Assembly: GCF_006345805.1 (NCBI RefSeq)
Contig: NC_043001.1
Location: 7,564,001-7,628,000 of the forward strand
Length of the DNA stretch: 64,000 nucleotides
Direction of reading: 5' to 3'
DNA from: Octopus sinensis
Taxonomy: Eukaryota
Position 1 is the first letter of the stretch. The number at the start of each line of letters is the position of its first letter. Below, piece after piece: positions 28,198-42,043 of the stretch. The notes beneath the pieces were generated by a model, which was given only the letters and a program-made list of their open reading frames with translations, ran no database searches and was not told where the DNA came from. The position numbers and the translations under genes are program-made.

Positions 28198-29231
28198 ATA
28201 TATATATACATATATAAATGTTATAACTGCGTTTCAAATCTAAAGTGATTTGCGCATATTGTTAAGTGAATGACAAAACTGCATAAAGTTCTTTGTGGAT
28301 TAAAGTACTTATTTAATTAAATGATGAAATACATTCGATAATTTTAAAAGAAATCACAATAAACTGCCATTTTAATATCCCTCAAACTGATATGAATTTA
28401 ACTTCCATAATTTTGAAGAATACGTCATATCATAATTGTCTCTCATTTTTCCAACGGTTCTTTTGAAATAATACTTTCATTGAGAATTGATTAATATCGT
28501 AGAGTTATTTCTGCAGACAAACAGCTTGTACGTTTATGTGAAAATATATTGCAATGAGTATGGGGAACAATTAAATGGATAAAAGGAATGTCAGAAGAAT
28601 TTCAGATATTCGATAGATTTCTTTAAGTAAATATCAAAAACATTTAAAAATATGGTAATATTATATTCTCAAATATAAATTACATTCATTACCATGAATG
28701 TACTTCAGGAACTGTGCCGAAACTTAAGTAGTATTTAAGAAAATTCAATGTTCATTAAATTTCTGTATGCATTCAACTTAAAACTTATATTCGACCGATG
28801 AATGCAGAGGGTGAAATTTCCAGTAAATTATGTATATTTATGACCAGTAAATTAGTAATTTTGCTACAATTATAAATTTACTAATGTTCGATAGAGATCC
28901 AACGCAGTCGTTCTTTGTAGACTCTTCATTGAACGCGAAGTATATTCACCTTCGCTGACTATCAGCCGGTTGACATGTTGGGCCATCGACTCCAAGGGAT
29001 TCATCCCATTAAGTGACACAAATATAAGCACATATTAACTTTGAAACATATATCTGTGATAGTGTGTGTATGGGCTTATGTATGTACATATACAAATATG
29101 AATAAACACTCACGCATAAATATATATACAAAAACACATACATGTATATATATACATACATATATATATGCGCACATACATATATATATGTGTGTGTGTT
29201 GCGTGTGAGCGTGCGTGCATGCGTGTATGTA

Positions 29232-30444
29232 GATAGTATCGTTTATAATATCAGTGGATTAGCAAGCGTAAAAAAGTACCATAAAGTTAAAAATTACCTC
29301 TGAAATTGTAGAAATACCTGTATTTCATCCCATAGTAGTCATTTGCACTGGTATGTTAGCATGCTGGTACTGCCTATTTGTACCCTTAATTATTAATTGA
29401 TAATTTTTACATTTCTGGGAATTTTTTACGAATGCTAAGCTTTTCTTTACACTCACATCCGCATCACATTTTGTTTAACTATCTATCCACATTAGAGCCT
29501 TCAAACATATCAACCCCTCTTCCCACCTCTCACACATTCTTATCTCTTCTTTGTATCCCTTTTCCTATTCCTTTTATCTCCTTTACCCACCCCTCACAAT
29601 ATCTTGACCACCATCAAGCACTCCATTTTTTATTTCCTTTTTATTTATTTATTTCTATCCCAAACCTTTTGACAAATATAATTTTTCTTCATTCTTAACA
29701 TACTTATCTATTCTCTTCTCCCGATCTACTTCACCCTACCGGTATATTCACCAAATTTCAGTTACACGACAAGATCCATTTGATTGAACAGCACATGGAA
29801 TTAATATCTGAACACTATCTATTTTTGATAACAAAATATGAGATCAGAATTTACATACCATGGACAAGAAGCTTCTTTACACATTCTGCACAGCACATTC
29901 ATTGGATAATGGAACTACAACTGTAACATCCAACATATATTTTCCTTCTCACATCTCCCTTTATACTTACTATATCTATCCATTTTCAAAATATTTTTTT
30001 ATGTTGAACTCTACTATTTGTTTCTAACACTTTCTTATCATCACTGATGATGCGATATCTTTTATATGCCTGAAACAGCTCTAAGACTGCCTTGGCTTTG
30101 TTGTCTCATTTTATTTAAAACACAGAGGTGATGGGATTTCATATTGATTCTAGCATTAATCATCCGATGCTATGTAGTAGCAGATATTTGCTGAACAGCC
30201 TACATAGTCGGACGGGATCAAGTACTGCGTGATAAAGCAAAATTGTTAGCCATACAGATATGCATGATTTTGAGAATATGCTGCCCAATGGGAGGGTTAA
30301 TATATTCGTTCTCAGAGGATGATTTCAATATAGCCATATGGGCGATAGTATCGTTTATAATATCAGTGGATTAGCAAGAGTAAAAAAGTACCATAAAGCT
30401 AAAGGTTACCTCTGAAATTGTAGAAATACCTGTATTTCATCCCA
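29232..30444 (+). repeat. 101-bp direct repeats flanking a ~1-kb C-rich insert with an HHR-like core
   Basis: 29232-29332 versus 30344-30444, 4 differences; CTGATGA at 30044, GAAA-CAGCTC-TA at 30072-30083. Confidence 0.8.
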
Positions 30445-30564
30445 AATAAGGATGGATGCATGACACATAATTGTTACTTTTACACTAGCAGCAAAATAAC
30501 ACGCGTAAACTATAACGTTCATTACGATGCTAGTTTAAATAGGTTTACTTCTTGATAAACAGCG

Positions 30565-30886
30565 GAAACAGCAATGATCACCGTGACTGTAACCGACCAG
30601 GCTATCAGATGTTACTACACATCGCTGGTCACAATGCGCTTCGCATTGTTTTAGCCTTCAATTGAAGCCACCCCGCTGGCTAAGCGAGCAGGCCAACAGA
30701 TGAAAAAGTGAGAGAAAGTTGTAGCGAAAGAGTACAGCAAGGACTGCCACAGCTCCCTGCCGGAATCACGAGGAGATTTAGGTGTTTTCGCCCAATAAAC
30801 ACCCACAACATCCGGTCTAGGAATTGAAACCGCGATCCTACGACCGCGAGTCCGCTGCGCTAACCACTGGGCCATTGCGCCTCCAC
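30565..30886 (-). mobile_element. SINE family B head with an alternative 3' tail
   Basis: Head and body match 3942-4305; the tail differs (GCGCATTGTGACCAGCGATGTGTAG). Confidence 0.8.
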
Positions 30887-31790
30887 TCTAAATACGATAT
30901 AACTGGAATATATGGCACTCAGATATTTTGCCTATTGAAAAATCACTCATTTAAAACTACCGATGTAGGGTTTTAAGCTATACAATAGAAATATTAAAAG
31001 TTCGAAGTAAAACATTTTATAAATTCCAAAATTGTCCGGACAGATTTTAGTTTCCAGAACAACTATGAAATATCCATGGGTTCTGAAATAATGGTGCGAT
31101 TAATTGAAAAGAAAGCAATCGTATTTTAAGCAATGAATAAGCAGTAAATGAATTTAAAAAATAAATAAAATTTATCAGTCAACTTTGGTGTAAGTTATCA
31201 TATTTCCATATTAGCAAACAGGTGCGCGAAACTGTATATTCTATAATATATTCCTATAATTTACATATCGATATTTTACCACAAATATGAATAAATTAGT
31301 CATAAATACAATTTTGACCAGAATACTGATTTCGTTATTCACCATTAATAAAAGCTGATAATGTGTGCACTTTCTAACCTTCATCATAAATAAAAAGATG
31401 TATTGGTTATTTGTAATAAGAAAATATAAAAGCATGCCTCGTTTTATTAATATGCAGCATATTGATTTCTGAAGTTGGCAAAAAATTACAGAATTTCTGT
31501 GAAAATGTAAGCGAGAAAAATTGATTTGTTATTTAATTACCATTTTTCAAGATCGACCCCGCAAATTAAAGCAAAATATCTGACTTCGGCCTGTATTTTA
31601 GACGGTGAATACAATGACAAAAGCAGCTTATTATCACAACTCGTTTTCTTCGGAGCTGAACTGTTTTCACTATGTGCCGTAAAACATGTTACAAGTTTCA
31701 ACACAAAATACAAAGTTCGTCGAAGGCTGGGTTCACTGCATTTCAGAAACATTATACCATTGCTCCTTGTTTGCGAAACACTCACACACA

Positions 31791-31837
<47 letters not shown>

Positions 31838-31844
31838 ACACACA

Positions 31845-31962
<118 letters not shown>

Positions 31963-32546
31963 GCAAAATTAAGGAACTAGACCGCTGGTGGCAAATAACT
32001 TCTGCTGAATTTTTTGCTACCCTATATATATATATATGGGGAGGATTTAACGTCCAAAAGCCTCAAGTAATGATGTAGAAATTCTTCAACTACCAATTCT
32101 GACTCTTTTGGTGAATATTGGCAAGAATCCGAATCCAGTTTCCATGCATAGGGCCGTCAAGATCTAAACTATTTCACGAATGGTTTGACCACAGTTTCTA
32201 GTTGTATGACATGCTATTTTCAAAGATGTGCTCATGCTGGAGACACCCAAAACACTGTCTTCGTTTGGAGGTAGATGGCTTTCATGACGTTCTTGTAATA
32301 TCCTGCACTTTTTACAGTCATCACAGAGAAATGAACAAAAGTCATATTGTCGGCATTTTCATAAACTACGCGAAGCCTCATGATGCCCGTAACTCATTTT
32401 CAATATTCAGATGGTTTCAAAATCCACCATGCCAGTTAATATTTATACTCTCCAACGCCGTTGACAGTTCAACAATACGTCAAAATATTCCAGCGTAATG
32501 GGGACATTTAGCCCTAACACACTGTATGTACGTATATATATATATA

Positions 32547-32878
32547 GGTATGGCTCAGTGGTTAGAGCGTCGAGCTTACGATCGTGAGGTTGTGAGCTCG
32601 AATCCCGGACCGGGCTGCGTGTTGTGTTCTTGAGCAAGGCACTTTATTTCACGTTGCTCCAGTTCACTCAGCTGTAGAAATGAGTTGCGACGTCACTGGT
32701 GCCAAGCTGTATCGACCTTTGTCTTTCCCTTGGATAACACTGGTGGCGTGGAGAGGGGAGGCTGGTATGCATGGGCGACTGCTGGTCTTCCATAAACAAC
32801 CTTGCCCGGACTTGTGTCTAGGAGGGTAACTTTCTAGGTGCAATCCCATGGTCATTCATGACCGAAGGGGGTCTTACC

Positions 32879-32879
<1 letters not shown>
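32547..32879 (+). mobile_element. tRNA(Arg)-like CORE-SINE
   Basis: A-box TGGCTCAGTGG, anticodon-loop-like CTTACGAT, B-box-like GCTCGAATCC, CORE-like TGTGTTCTTGAGCAAGGCACTTTATTTCAC; followed by (TA)n. Confidence 0.85.
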
Positions 32880-32954
<75 letters not shown>

Positions 32955-34316
32955 ATAGAGAGAGAGACTAGTAGAAAGACCGCCCTCTTGGCGGTTTTCT
33001 GCTAGAAGTTTGTTCATATTTTCCCTTTTGATTCCCGATTCGGGTAATGTTTTCGATATTTTATGTCTAATTATTTCTTTGTTTAATAGTACTCACTTGC
33101 TTAGTAAATATTGCTTTCATTATTTTATGACAGTCATAATCTCTCTTTTTTAATGAAACAGAAAATTGGTCCAACTACCGATGAGGATGCAATTTGTAAA
33201 CTTTTACAATCTACTCAAAGCAACATAAAGATTTCACTTCAGCAGCCCATCTGTAACATTTGCTGTATGAAGAAACATTGTCAAAGAGATTCCCTGAATT
33301 GTACAACAGACAGAACTGACTCTTCTTGAAAATTATCGAAATTGCCTTTCATTGCTAATCGTTTAACAGAATTCTTCCTAACTTGAAACATTTTCCTTGT
33401 CACTTCTGCAGTATATACTTGGACCCTTCTCTCAGCACCTCGTTTGTTGGAACGAGTGTTTCTGCTTGTATATCACTGACGTGTAGAAGGCTTGGTATTT
33501 GATATTTATTATAAATAGGCGTCTGATACTTATTATCAATATTATCACAGACGGTGAAAGCTGAATCATTTTGAAGTAGAGCATTCTCCTCTCGAGATAC
33601 ACATGACCAGTCGGTCATGTATAGTAAAAACCGAATCATCTCTACGTTTACGTGCATATTCAAACAGTTGTCTTAGTCCGTTGCTCCGGTTTCATATGAT
33701 TCAGTTGTTGGTCTCTCTTTCCGCCGTTGTACTCTTACAGCTAAATATTCTTTTTCAGTCGCACATTTTTCTGGACTTCCTATGTTAAATTGCAAAATTC
33801 TAATGTGATGTATGTGTAATAACGAAATCACCCCTGGTGTGTGTGTTTATATTACACAGACTGTGTATGTGTGTATGTGTGTGAGATAGAGAGAGAGAGA
33901 GAGCGGGGAGAAACAAAATTGCTAAGAATTAAGGAAATAGAAATGAAATGACAAAATTGTATAAATAAAATATTGTAACGAATACTTAATTTCGTGAAGT
34001 TGATATATTCAACAATAATAGGAAGCTCAGAAAGTGTGTTTTCCTGAAAACTTCAATTGACAAAAGATCTCACTTCCTTAGTAATTACATTCAGTAATCT
34101 ATCATAATTGTAATATACCTCTAATTGAAATAAACTTCAAGGGAATCCAATTACGTTTAGCGTGCTACAAATAGCCGCGATCGCATAGTTATTCTTGTTA
34201 GGATTATATTGTCCCAAGCAACTATACAAATAAAATCACTTTTTAACAATATATATATAGAGAGAGATAGCTAGATAGATATATATATATATATATATAG
34301 ATAGATATATATATAT

Positions 34317-34416
<100 letters not shown>

Positions 34417-34972
34417 CAGTATATTTAAAAATTCATATTATCAACAATATTCATTTAACAAGCTCCGGAAAATGATATTCTTGAAGCTCTGCCTCGTATC
34501 ATAAGCTTCAAAGTTATATACATGTTTTGTCTAATAGCATTCATTCATTCCATGATTATTTTGCATTACGCATATAGAATAAACAGTGGATTTTGCAAAT
34601 AGCGAATTAAACCTTGGAATGTAACATTGAAATGAATGTATATTAAATAATTATTAAAGAAAATAAAGGTGAGAGAGAGAGAGAGAGAGTGAGAAGCTGC
34701 AGCAAATGGAAACGGAAATTTCGCCTGCAACGAATATTGTCTGTTAAAGATTAACATCTACTCCACGATGAATGCAACGAATATTTAAATTAGGGAAAAA
34801 CCTTGTAGTTCAAATATTCAATAATATTCAGGAAACTAAATTACAGAAAATTTCTTGGAACATAAATATATAAAAACATTTCCAGACAGTCAAGCCTTTA
34901 ACAATAGCTTTCTGTTAGTAACATTTAGATAAGCAGCTTTCTCCACTATAATACACACGTTCTCTCTCTCTC

Positions 34973-35015
<43 letters not shown>

Positions 35016-36655
35016 TATATGATGAACTTTAATCTTTAACACATATCCAAGTACTGCGTGTTGACATAATAGATATGATTTACTTCAAACAAATATCTTG
35101 ATCTCAGTTTTAACCATGCAACAATCATAAAAATGTCTGGAATATATTTTAATATCAACAAGAAATCCTTGGTTTCTTTTATCTTCAAGGACTCATTGCA
35201 GATTCGGGTTTGGTGTGTGTTTATCACATAAATCTTTGCCCACAAATAATGTGAAAAACATATGTATCAGTAAAATATATACACAACTCTAAAGAATATC
35301 CCAATATATTGTTTAATTTAGATAAGCAAGGATAATTCGGAACATCATTAGAGAAACCATTAAAATATGGAACAGTGCCAGATTACGAAATTACATTTAA
35401 TTGTTTACAACCGCCGCCCACAAATATGTATATTCCGCTTGAAACGCCGGAATAATGTTTGTGATGAGATAAAAATTGAAAATGTCTTTACAATAGATGT
35501 ATTACAAACACGCTCACACACAAACACAGACAAGTAGACACACACACACACATACAGATATTTTGCATACTCACGCACATACATATTTACATATAATATC
35601 AACCAAGATTCGAGGAATAATCTGCTTTGTCAGTATTTAGTGTTCCAGTTCTCCTGATCACTCAAATTAAATTAGTTTAACACCTAATCATGTCACATGC
35701 ATATGTAATTTATGTATTCCAAAACAGAAATAAAAGGATTTGTTTTCTTCTTGTTCATAAGTTCTATGGCATCTCCATACAATTTAAGCCTATTTTAAAA
35801 CAACGTATCCAAATATCAATTCATTGTCTTACGAAATTTTTCAGTATTATATATTTCACAAATTGCGAAACACTAAAACGACCTTATAACATCTGTGGAA
35901 ATTTGAGTTATATTATTTCTGGTATGAATGCTGAATACGAATAATCAGGTAAAATGACACTTATATATTAAGGTTTCTTTTTGTTTTTAAATTTCAAATG
36001 CGATCCTGTCTTATTTAATGATCTGTATAAAGGCATTTACGTTGGGTTATTGCAATATCGTTGACAGTTTGTTAATATCTTGAAAATAAACCACCATTAA
36101 AATGTCACGTATCAACTTGTTAGATATTTTAACAATTACGAACAATTCTCTTCTACATCACGATAGAGAACGTATTTCATGTCAATATTATTCTCTTGAT
36201 ACACTCCTAGATAAATTACAAATCCTAGATTAAATTTTAGTGTTTATATATTTGTTCTTTCGATTGTTGTAATTCTCAACATTTATTTTAATCGAAATGC
36301 TTTACTAATTTGTTTACATTAACGAAAATTGAGGCTTTACTATCCTTATAAACAAAACAGAAAATACTTGGATTGTGTGTACGTCTAATTAAAATTAAAA
36401 TTGAGATTTAACAATAATTTGACAAATCTGTGCAATATTATGGCACATTTATAAATGAATTATATAAGTAAATATATGCACTGGATTGAAATTCTAGATT
36501 TTTAATACTAACTTTGATTTAAGAGAATATAAAATATAAATCTAACTGAAAAATTGTCCCAACACAAATCAGACATGATATAATCTGTAACCGAATTACC
36601 CCTCCCAAATCTATGATTTTTCATATAGTACACACGTACACATCAATATATATAT

Positions 36656-36731
<76 letters not shown>

Positions 36732-36789
36732 ATAAAAATGGTAAGACAACAAAAAAAGAAAGGGACCTCGATATTATGTAAATACAGGA

Positions 36790-37015
36790 ATTTATCTGTA
36801 AATGTAAAATGTTACAATTATTCCGAGGTTCGGATGCTGAGGTGGAAATTCACGCTATCATCTCTTTAGTTATCCGGTCATACCATTTTCATAGCATTCT
36901 TCCGATGGCCGGATAACTGAAGAGATCGCCGCGTTGATTTCCACCTCGGCATCCGAAACTCAGAATTTTATCATGGCTAGCGAATAATTGTCACATATTT
37001 CTTTTACAGATAAAT
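36790..37015. repeat. ~225-bp fold-back palindrome containing an HHR-like core
   Basis: Arms ~36790-36881 and ~36905-37015; CTGAAGA at 36917-36923, GAAA at 36955. Confidence 0.75.
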
Positions 37016-38102
37016 ATATATATATATATATATACATTGTTGTAAGTATGTTATTGTTTGCGTTTGTGTCTATGCAGGGGTATTGTAATGTATACATTCA
37101 AAATGGTCATTTGCGTATTTCTTTTTAATTAACATGTTAAATTATACAGAGTTTTTCCGTCTGTCATTTGAAAAGCCTTTGTATATATCAGGGCAGCCCT
37201 ATGAATTTTATTACTGCTATTTAACTCCCAGCAATTGAGCCACGAACGGGCGTATAAATTACCTGCATCCAAGCAATTCACTTATTAAATTAAATGTCGA
37301 GTTCATAAATGGTGTTAAACTGTAAACCTATTAACAAATTTAGTCCTGAGCGGAACCCTAAATAACTAGATTATCGTACATGTTGTAACGGGTCAACGAG
37401 GCATTTTCCGAATCCATGATATGAATTAAATGTATTTGGATAAAATTGATGACTTCTGTGGAGTTTAATGTAATCTTCCTCTTAGTTTGCGTTTCATCAG
37501 GCTCAAAAACTATAATAAGTATATATGTGTGTGTGCGTGTATGATTGCGTATGTGTCTGTGTATTTGTTTTTAAAGTATTCGGTAATACACCTAAATTAC
37601 AGGTCTTAATATCCCTTGATGTTTGAAATCCTATTAAAAATGGCATTCGCAAGGAAGTAATTTCGTTAAATTAAAATCGGAGGGGAAAAAAATTTATTCT
37701 ACATACGAAATATTTGCTTATGTAATTTCAAATTTGTGTGGAACATATTTATGCAACATAAAACGGAATCGTATTTTATCATATTGCTCATAAAGGGAAT
37801 ATTTGCATGGGTACTTCTTCGCATAAAGCATTAATGGTGGGAAAATAATCAATTATTTAATATTATAGTAGATTATAATATGTAACCTGCTGAGACGTTA
37901 CAAAATATTCTGTGCAGTTTATGCTTACGAAATTTAGTGAAAACGCAGAATGGGCGACGTCATAGATACAATTAATTTAAAGCTAGCTTAAGGATTAGGA
38001 GGACGTGTTACAAAGAGGTTACGCAATGCTGCAAAATATTGTATTTTAATTTCATATCAATGTGTGAGTGTGCGTGTGTGTTAAATATATATATACACAC
38101 AA

Positions 38103-38133
<31 letters not shown>

Positions 38134-38160
38134 CACATATATATATCGATATTTGTATAC

Positions 38161-38283
<123 letters not shown>

Positions 38284-38469
38284 AAGATAGATAGAGAGAG
38301 AGAGAGAGAGAAACGGATAGACGGATAGAGAGATAAATGGATATATATATATATGATCAAAATAACCACCTTATTTTGAAATTGTATGGATAAAAGCGTA
38401 CTGAATTCTGGTGCCTCATATTAAGTACCATTTTCATCCGAATCTCTGTATATATAAATATTTAGACAG

Positions 38470-38512
<43 letters not shown>

Positions 38513-38569
38513 ATATATATATAATATATATAAACAATGTGTTTAATCTGTTAACCCCAACAGATAAAA

Positions 38570-38876
38570 GTTCCTATCCAAAATTCCAAAATTAGAAACA
38601 CCATTTACCAGTGCAAAAGAGATAAGAGAAAACAACACAGCACGGGACTAAGTAAATTAGTTTGGCGTCTGAAGGACAGCAATACAACTTTCAAACTGGA
38701 ATGGTCCATATTGTCGGTATCCTTCCCGTTTCACAAAGGCAGAAAACATTGTGGCGTCTGTAATTCCGAACTATTTCATATTTTATTCGCCAAAGTCCCT
38801 TTAATAAATACAATCGTCGAGTGGTCCTACAGATACATGCACTGGCAAAAACACACCTTTCAATCATATGAATAAT
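38570..38876 (+). pseudogene. PLE endonuclease C-terminus (second lineage), internally deleted
   Basis: Open frame NTIYQCK...HSTGLSKLVWRLKDSNTTFKLEWSIL...GRKHCGVCNSELFHI...INTIVE...HWQKHTF; same architecture as 22311-22670. Followed by a C-rich 3' region ending at 39660. Confidence 0.75.
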
Positions 38877-39448
38877 GATTAATATAGTAAGCCCCTTGAA
38901 TTTTAATTAATATAACTCTTTTTTTATATATTTCACCCCCATAGTCAAAAAATTCTTTTTATACTTTCAAAGAACTACTAACCAATCCAGTGAGGTATGT
39001 GTTACCTTTGTCCCTGTACCTCGCCCTCCTCTTTCTCTCTCTTTATCTCTCTCTTTTCCCTCTATCTATAGTAAGCACAATCAAACACACAGACACAAAC
39101 CGTTCACCTCACCACTGTCTGTTTTCTGACATCTACCCATCCACAAACACAATCACGCACACATACACACATTAATGCAGTTATATACAGTCACACACAC
39201 AGACACTCATTCACAAAAGAAAATTCACCATTTATTTGAACTGCAACCTTTCACCTTCCTATTCTTATGTCTCTCTTCTACTTCGTTTGAACCCTTGAAC
39301 CTTTAGAACATTCTACAATTTTCTACATCCAACCATTTTGACGTCACTCCTTATAAAGGAATTTTTTAAAGAGACACTCATTATCGCTATGGGCTCCGTG
39401 TGAGCAGTCATCTAAAAGTTTTTTTGTGCATCTTGATGTTGACATAAG

Positions 39449-39547
39449 TTCTTTGCTTTTCCTGATGAGAAAGCGGCATAATATTCTCCTTAATTCTTCG
39501 CAATTGGCAATATGCAGCCTTCGAAACATATGTCGAAAATAAAGGAA
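39449..39547 (+). ncRNA. Type I hammerhead ribozyme candidate, canonical core
   Basis: Stem I 39449-39461/39535-39547; CTGATGA 39462-39468; stem II 39469-39482/39509-39522 closed by G-C; GAAA 39523-39526; palindromic helix III CATATG; GUC site with predicted cut after 39534. Confidence 0.75.
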
Positions 39548-39662
39548 TTTTGTTAATTCGTCGTTCAAATCCATTCTTTTAAAGTGTCTTCTCTGATGTG
39601 AATTTGCTACCCAGGTATCGGTTAACCGAATTATCCATAACAAGATAATTCATTCTACTACT

Positions 39663-39698
<36 letters not shown>

Positions 39699-40511
39699 GA
39701 AATGAAGAAAATGCTGACAAATAATTGAAGTAATTTAAGTAATTTAATTAGGTGAAAGTTCTTTTTACCGGTTGCGCATTTGTTATGCTTATCAAAATAT
39801 AAAAGAGAGATTAGAGTCTGTCTCTTATATGTGAAAAAAAGAGGCTCCAGAGTTGTTTTGGATTTGCTTGGTTTCGCGCCTAAAATTTTGATTGGTCATT
39901 ATGAAGGGGTCACGTGAATGTTTGAATGGAAGTTGGTGTTGGGGTAAGAAAAAAGGCTCCAGAGAAGTTAAAATTTGGCTAGTGTCCCGCCTAAAATTTC
40001 TTATTGGCCATAATAAAGAGGTCACGTGAATGTTTAGAATTTTCGAAAATAGTGTTGTTGAAAATTCTTATTGTTCAGGCTGGTCAGTAGACGTCATGTG
40101 GATATTTTAAATAGCTTTTTAGCGCGTAGTTAGGGAGTGTATTTTCCGCTTGACTGGATAAGTAAGTTCCATTAGAACAGGGAGATCTGTATGTATGTAT
40201 GTGTGTGCGCGCGCGCGTGTGTGTGTTTATATGTATGTTGGGGCGCGCGCGCGTGTATATATGTGTATGTGTGTGGGTACAATTTTCAATATTTATAGTT
40301 CTGCTGGCCTTGTGCCTGTATCGGGAAGCAACGTATTTGTGTGAAGTCAATATTTACAGCCATTTCCAAAAAATAGTGTTGGATGTTTTGCACCCGTATT
40401 CAATTATGTGTATGTGTGGAACCATATATTGTGTGTGTCATGGTGTTAATATCTGGGTAAAGGTGTGTGTAGGGTGTGTGCAGGTGTAAGTGTGTTTGTT
40501 GTGGGTTCGTG

Positions 40512-42043
40512 TTAGGGGCATGTGTTTAGAAGTGGTCTGTATTTATTAATAAGGTGGGATTCCATGGTTATTCGCTGGGTATGAGTGGCATTGTCTTTAA
40601 ATTGTAGAGGGGAAAGATTCTAAAATTGGGATGGAGTTGTGCGGCACAGGTATCAATATGTGCACTAAATGCTATTTTTCTATATTCCTGTATTTTTATT
40701 TGGGATCTGTGGACAGTCATGCGTTGGCGGAGGCTATTTTTTGTTTGGCCTATGTAGTGTTCATTACAGCCCGAGCAAGTTAAGACATATACTAGGTTTT
40801 CTGATGCGCATGTGAAGTTGTGTTTTACTGTGAAACATTGTCCTTGTTTAAAAAGGAATTCCGGACCTTCTATTAGGTTGATGCATATACCACAGTTGGG
40901 TCTATTGCATTTGTTTACTGTGGGTTTAGTTGTTGTGGTTGGCAGTACTTTGGCATTTGTTAGGATGGTTTTCAATGATTTGGGTTGCCTTTTGCTCTTT
41001 ATGAATTCGTGTGTTAGGAGGATTTGGTTCATTCTATGGTCCTTTTGTAATACAGGAATGTTCTGGAGGATGGTGTCAAAAGCTTCATTGTTGAGGGGGT
41101 TGTGTGTAGAGATGTATGGTAGAGTATGGGGTTTCGATGTAACAGGTTTAGGGCGTCTAAGTTCCTGCGTGCTGAGTTTTAGGGCGCGTTGGATCCCATT
41201 GTCAATTAGTGACGTGGGGTAATCCCTGCTTGTTAATGTGCCCTTGAGTTCTTGTAGACGTAAGAGACGGGTGTTTTTATTGGAGACTATAGTGCAAATT
41301 CTCTTGGCTAAGTTGTAGGGAATGTTAATTTTAACGTGTCTAGGGTGGCATGAATTGAAAGGGAGGTATTGCTTGAAAGTCTGTGGGCTTGTAGTATATG
41401 TCTGTTTCTATTTTTTGTTGTGAATTTTAATGAGGATGTCGAGGAAGGGAATTTGTTGAGGGCTGTATTCCATTGTGAAAATAATGTTTGTGTTGAGCCC
41501 ATTTATAAGAGTGTGAAATTCGTTAAGCTTCTCGACGGTTTCGGGCCAAAGGATGAAGCAGTCATCAAGATATCTCTTCCAGTTCTTCTCTATGTGTGTG
41601 TGGAGAGTGGTGCCAAATTGGTTAAGAACGTTATTATAGAGGGTGATTTCCAGGTATCCCATGACTAAGTTGGCGTAAGTGGGAGCTGTTTTCGTTCCCA
41701 TTGCCGTCCCTGATTTCTGTCTGTAGAATTTGTTGTTGAAGGTGAAGAAATTATTTTCTAAGATGAATTTGAGTCCTTCTAAAATAAATTCCTTTTTGAT
41801 GCGGTGTGGGAGTTCGTTGGAGTAATTATCCAGCCAGAATTGGATAGCTTCTATTCCTAGGTTGTGGGGGATGTTGGAGTAAAGATTGACTACATCGAAT
41901 GTTACTAGCAGGGTTTGTTCAGCAAGAAGTGTATTGGGGAGGTGGTTGAGCATATCTAGATCGTCCCTTATGTAGCTTTTAATGTGTTTGAGGAACGGCT
42001 TGAGAAGGGTATCAATGAAGTTGCTAAGGCGGTGGGTTTCGCA
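40512..42043 (-). pseudogene. PLE RT + GIY-YIG endonuclease ORF, left arm (5'-truncated, three 1-nt indels)
   Basis: FDVVNLYSNIP, GTAMGTKTAPTYANLVMGYLE, WKRYLDDCF, IPFLDIL, YLPFNSCHP, CNRPNCGIC, NLVYVLTCSGCNEHYIGQT, RITMESHLINKYRPLLN; indels at ~41413, ~41377 and ~40602, all in homopolymers. Confidence 0.92.

Noticed and set aside
28864-29005. MNPLESMAQHVNRLIVSEG... on the minus strand
   Set aside because: Under 50 aa, weak donor, no acceptor, no recognised homology.
32100-32480. Possible Tc1-like transposase remnant
   Set aside because: No DDE motifs or TIRs could be located.
33100-33790. Coding-like composition with several 35-87-aa frames
   Set aside because: Frames do not join without multiple shifts and nothing is recognisable.
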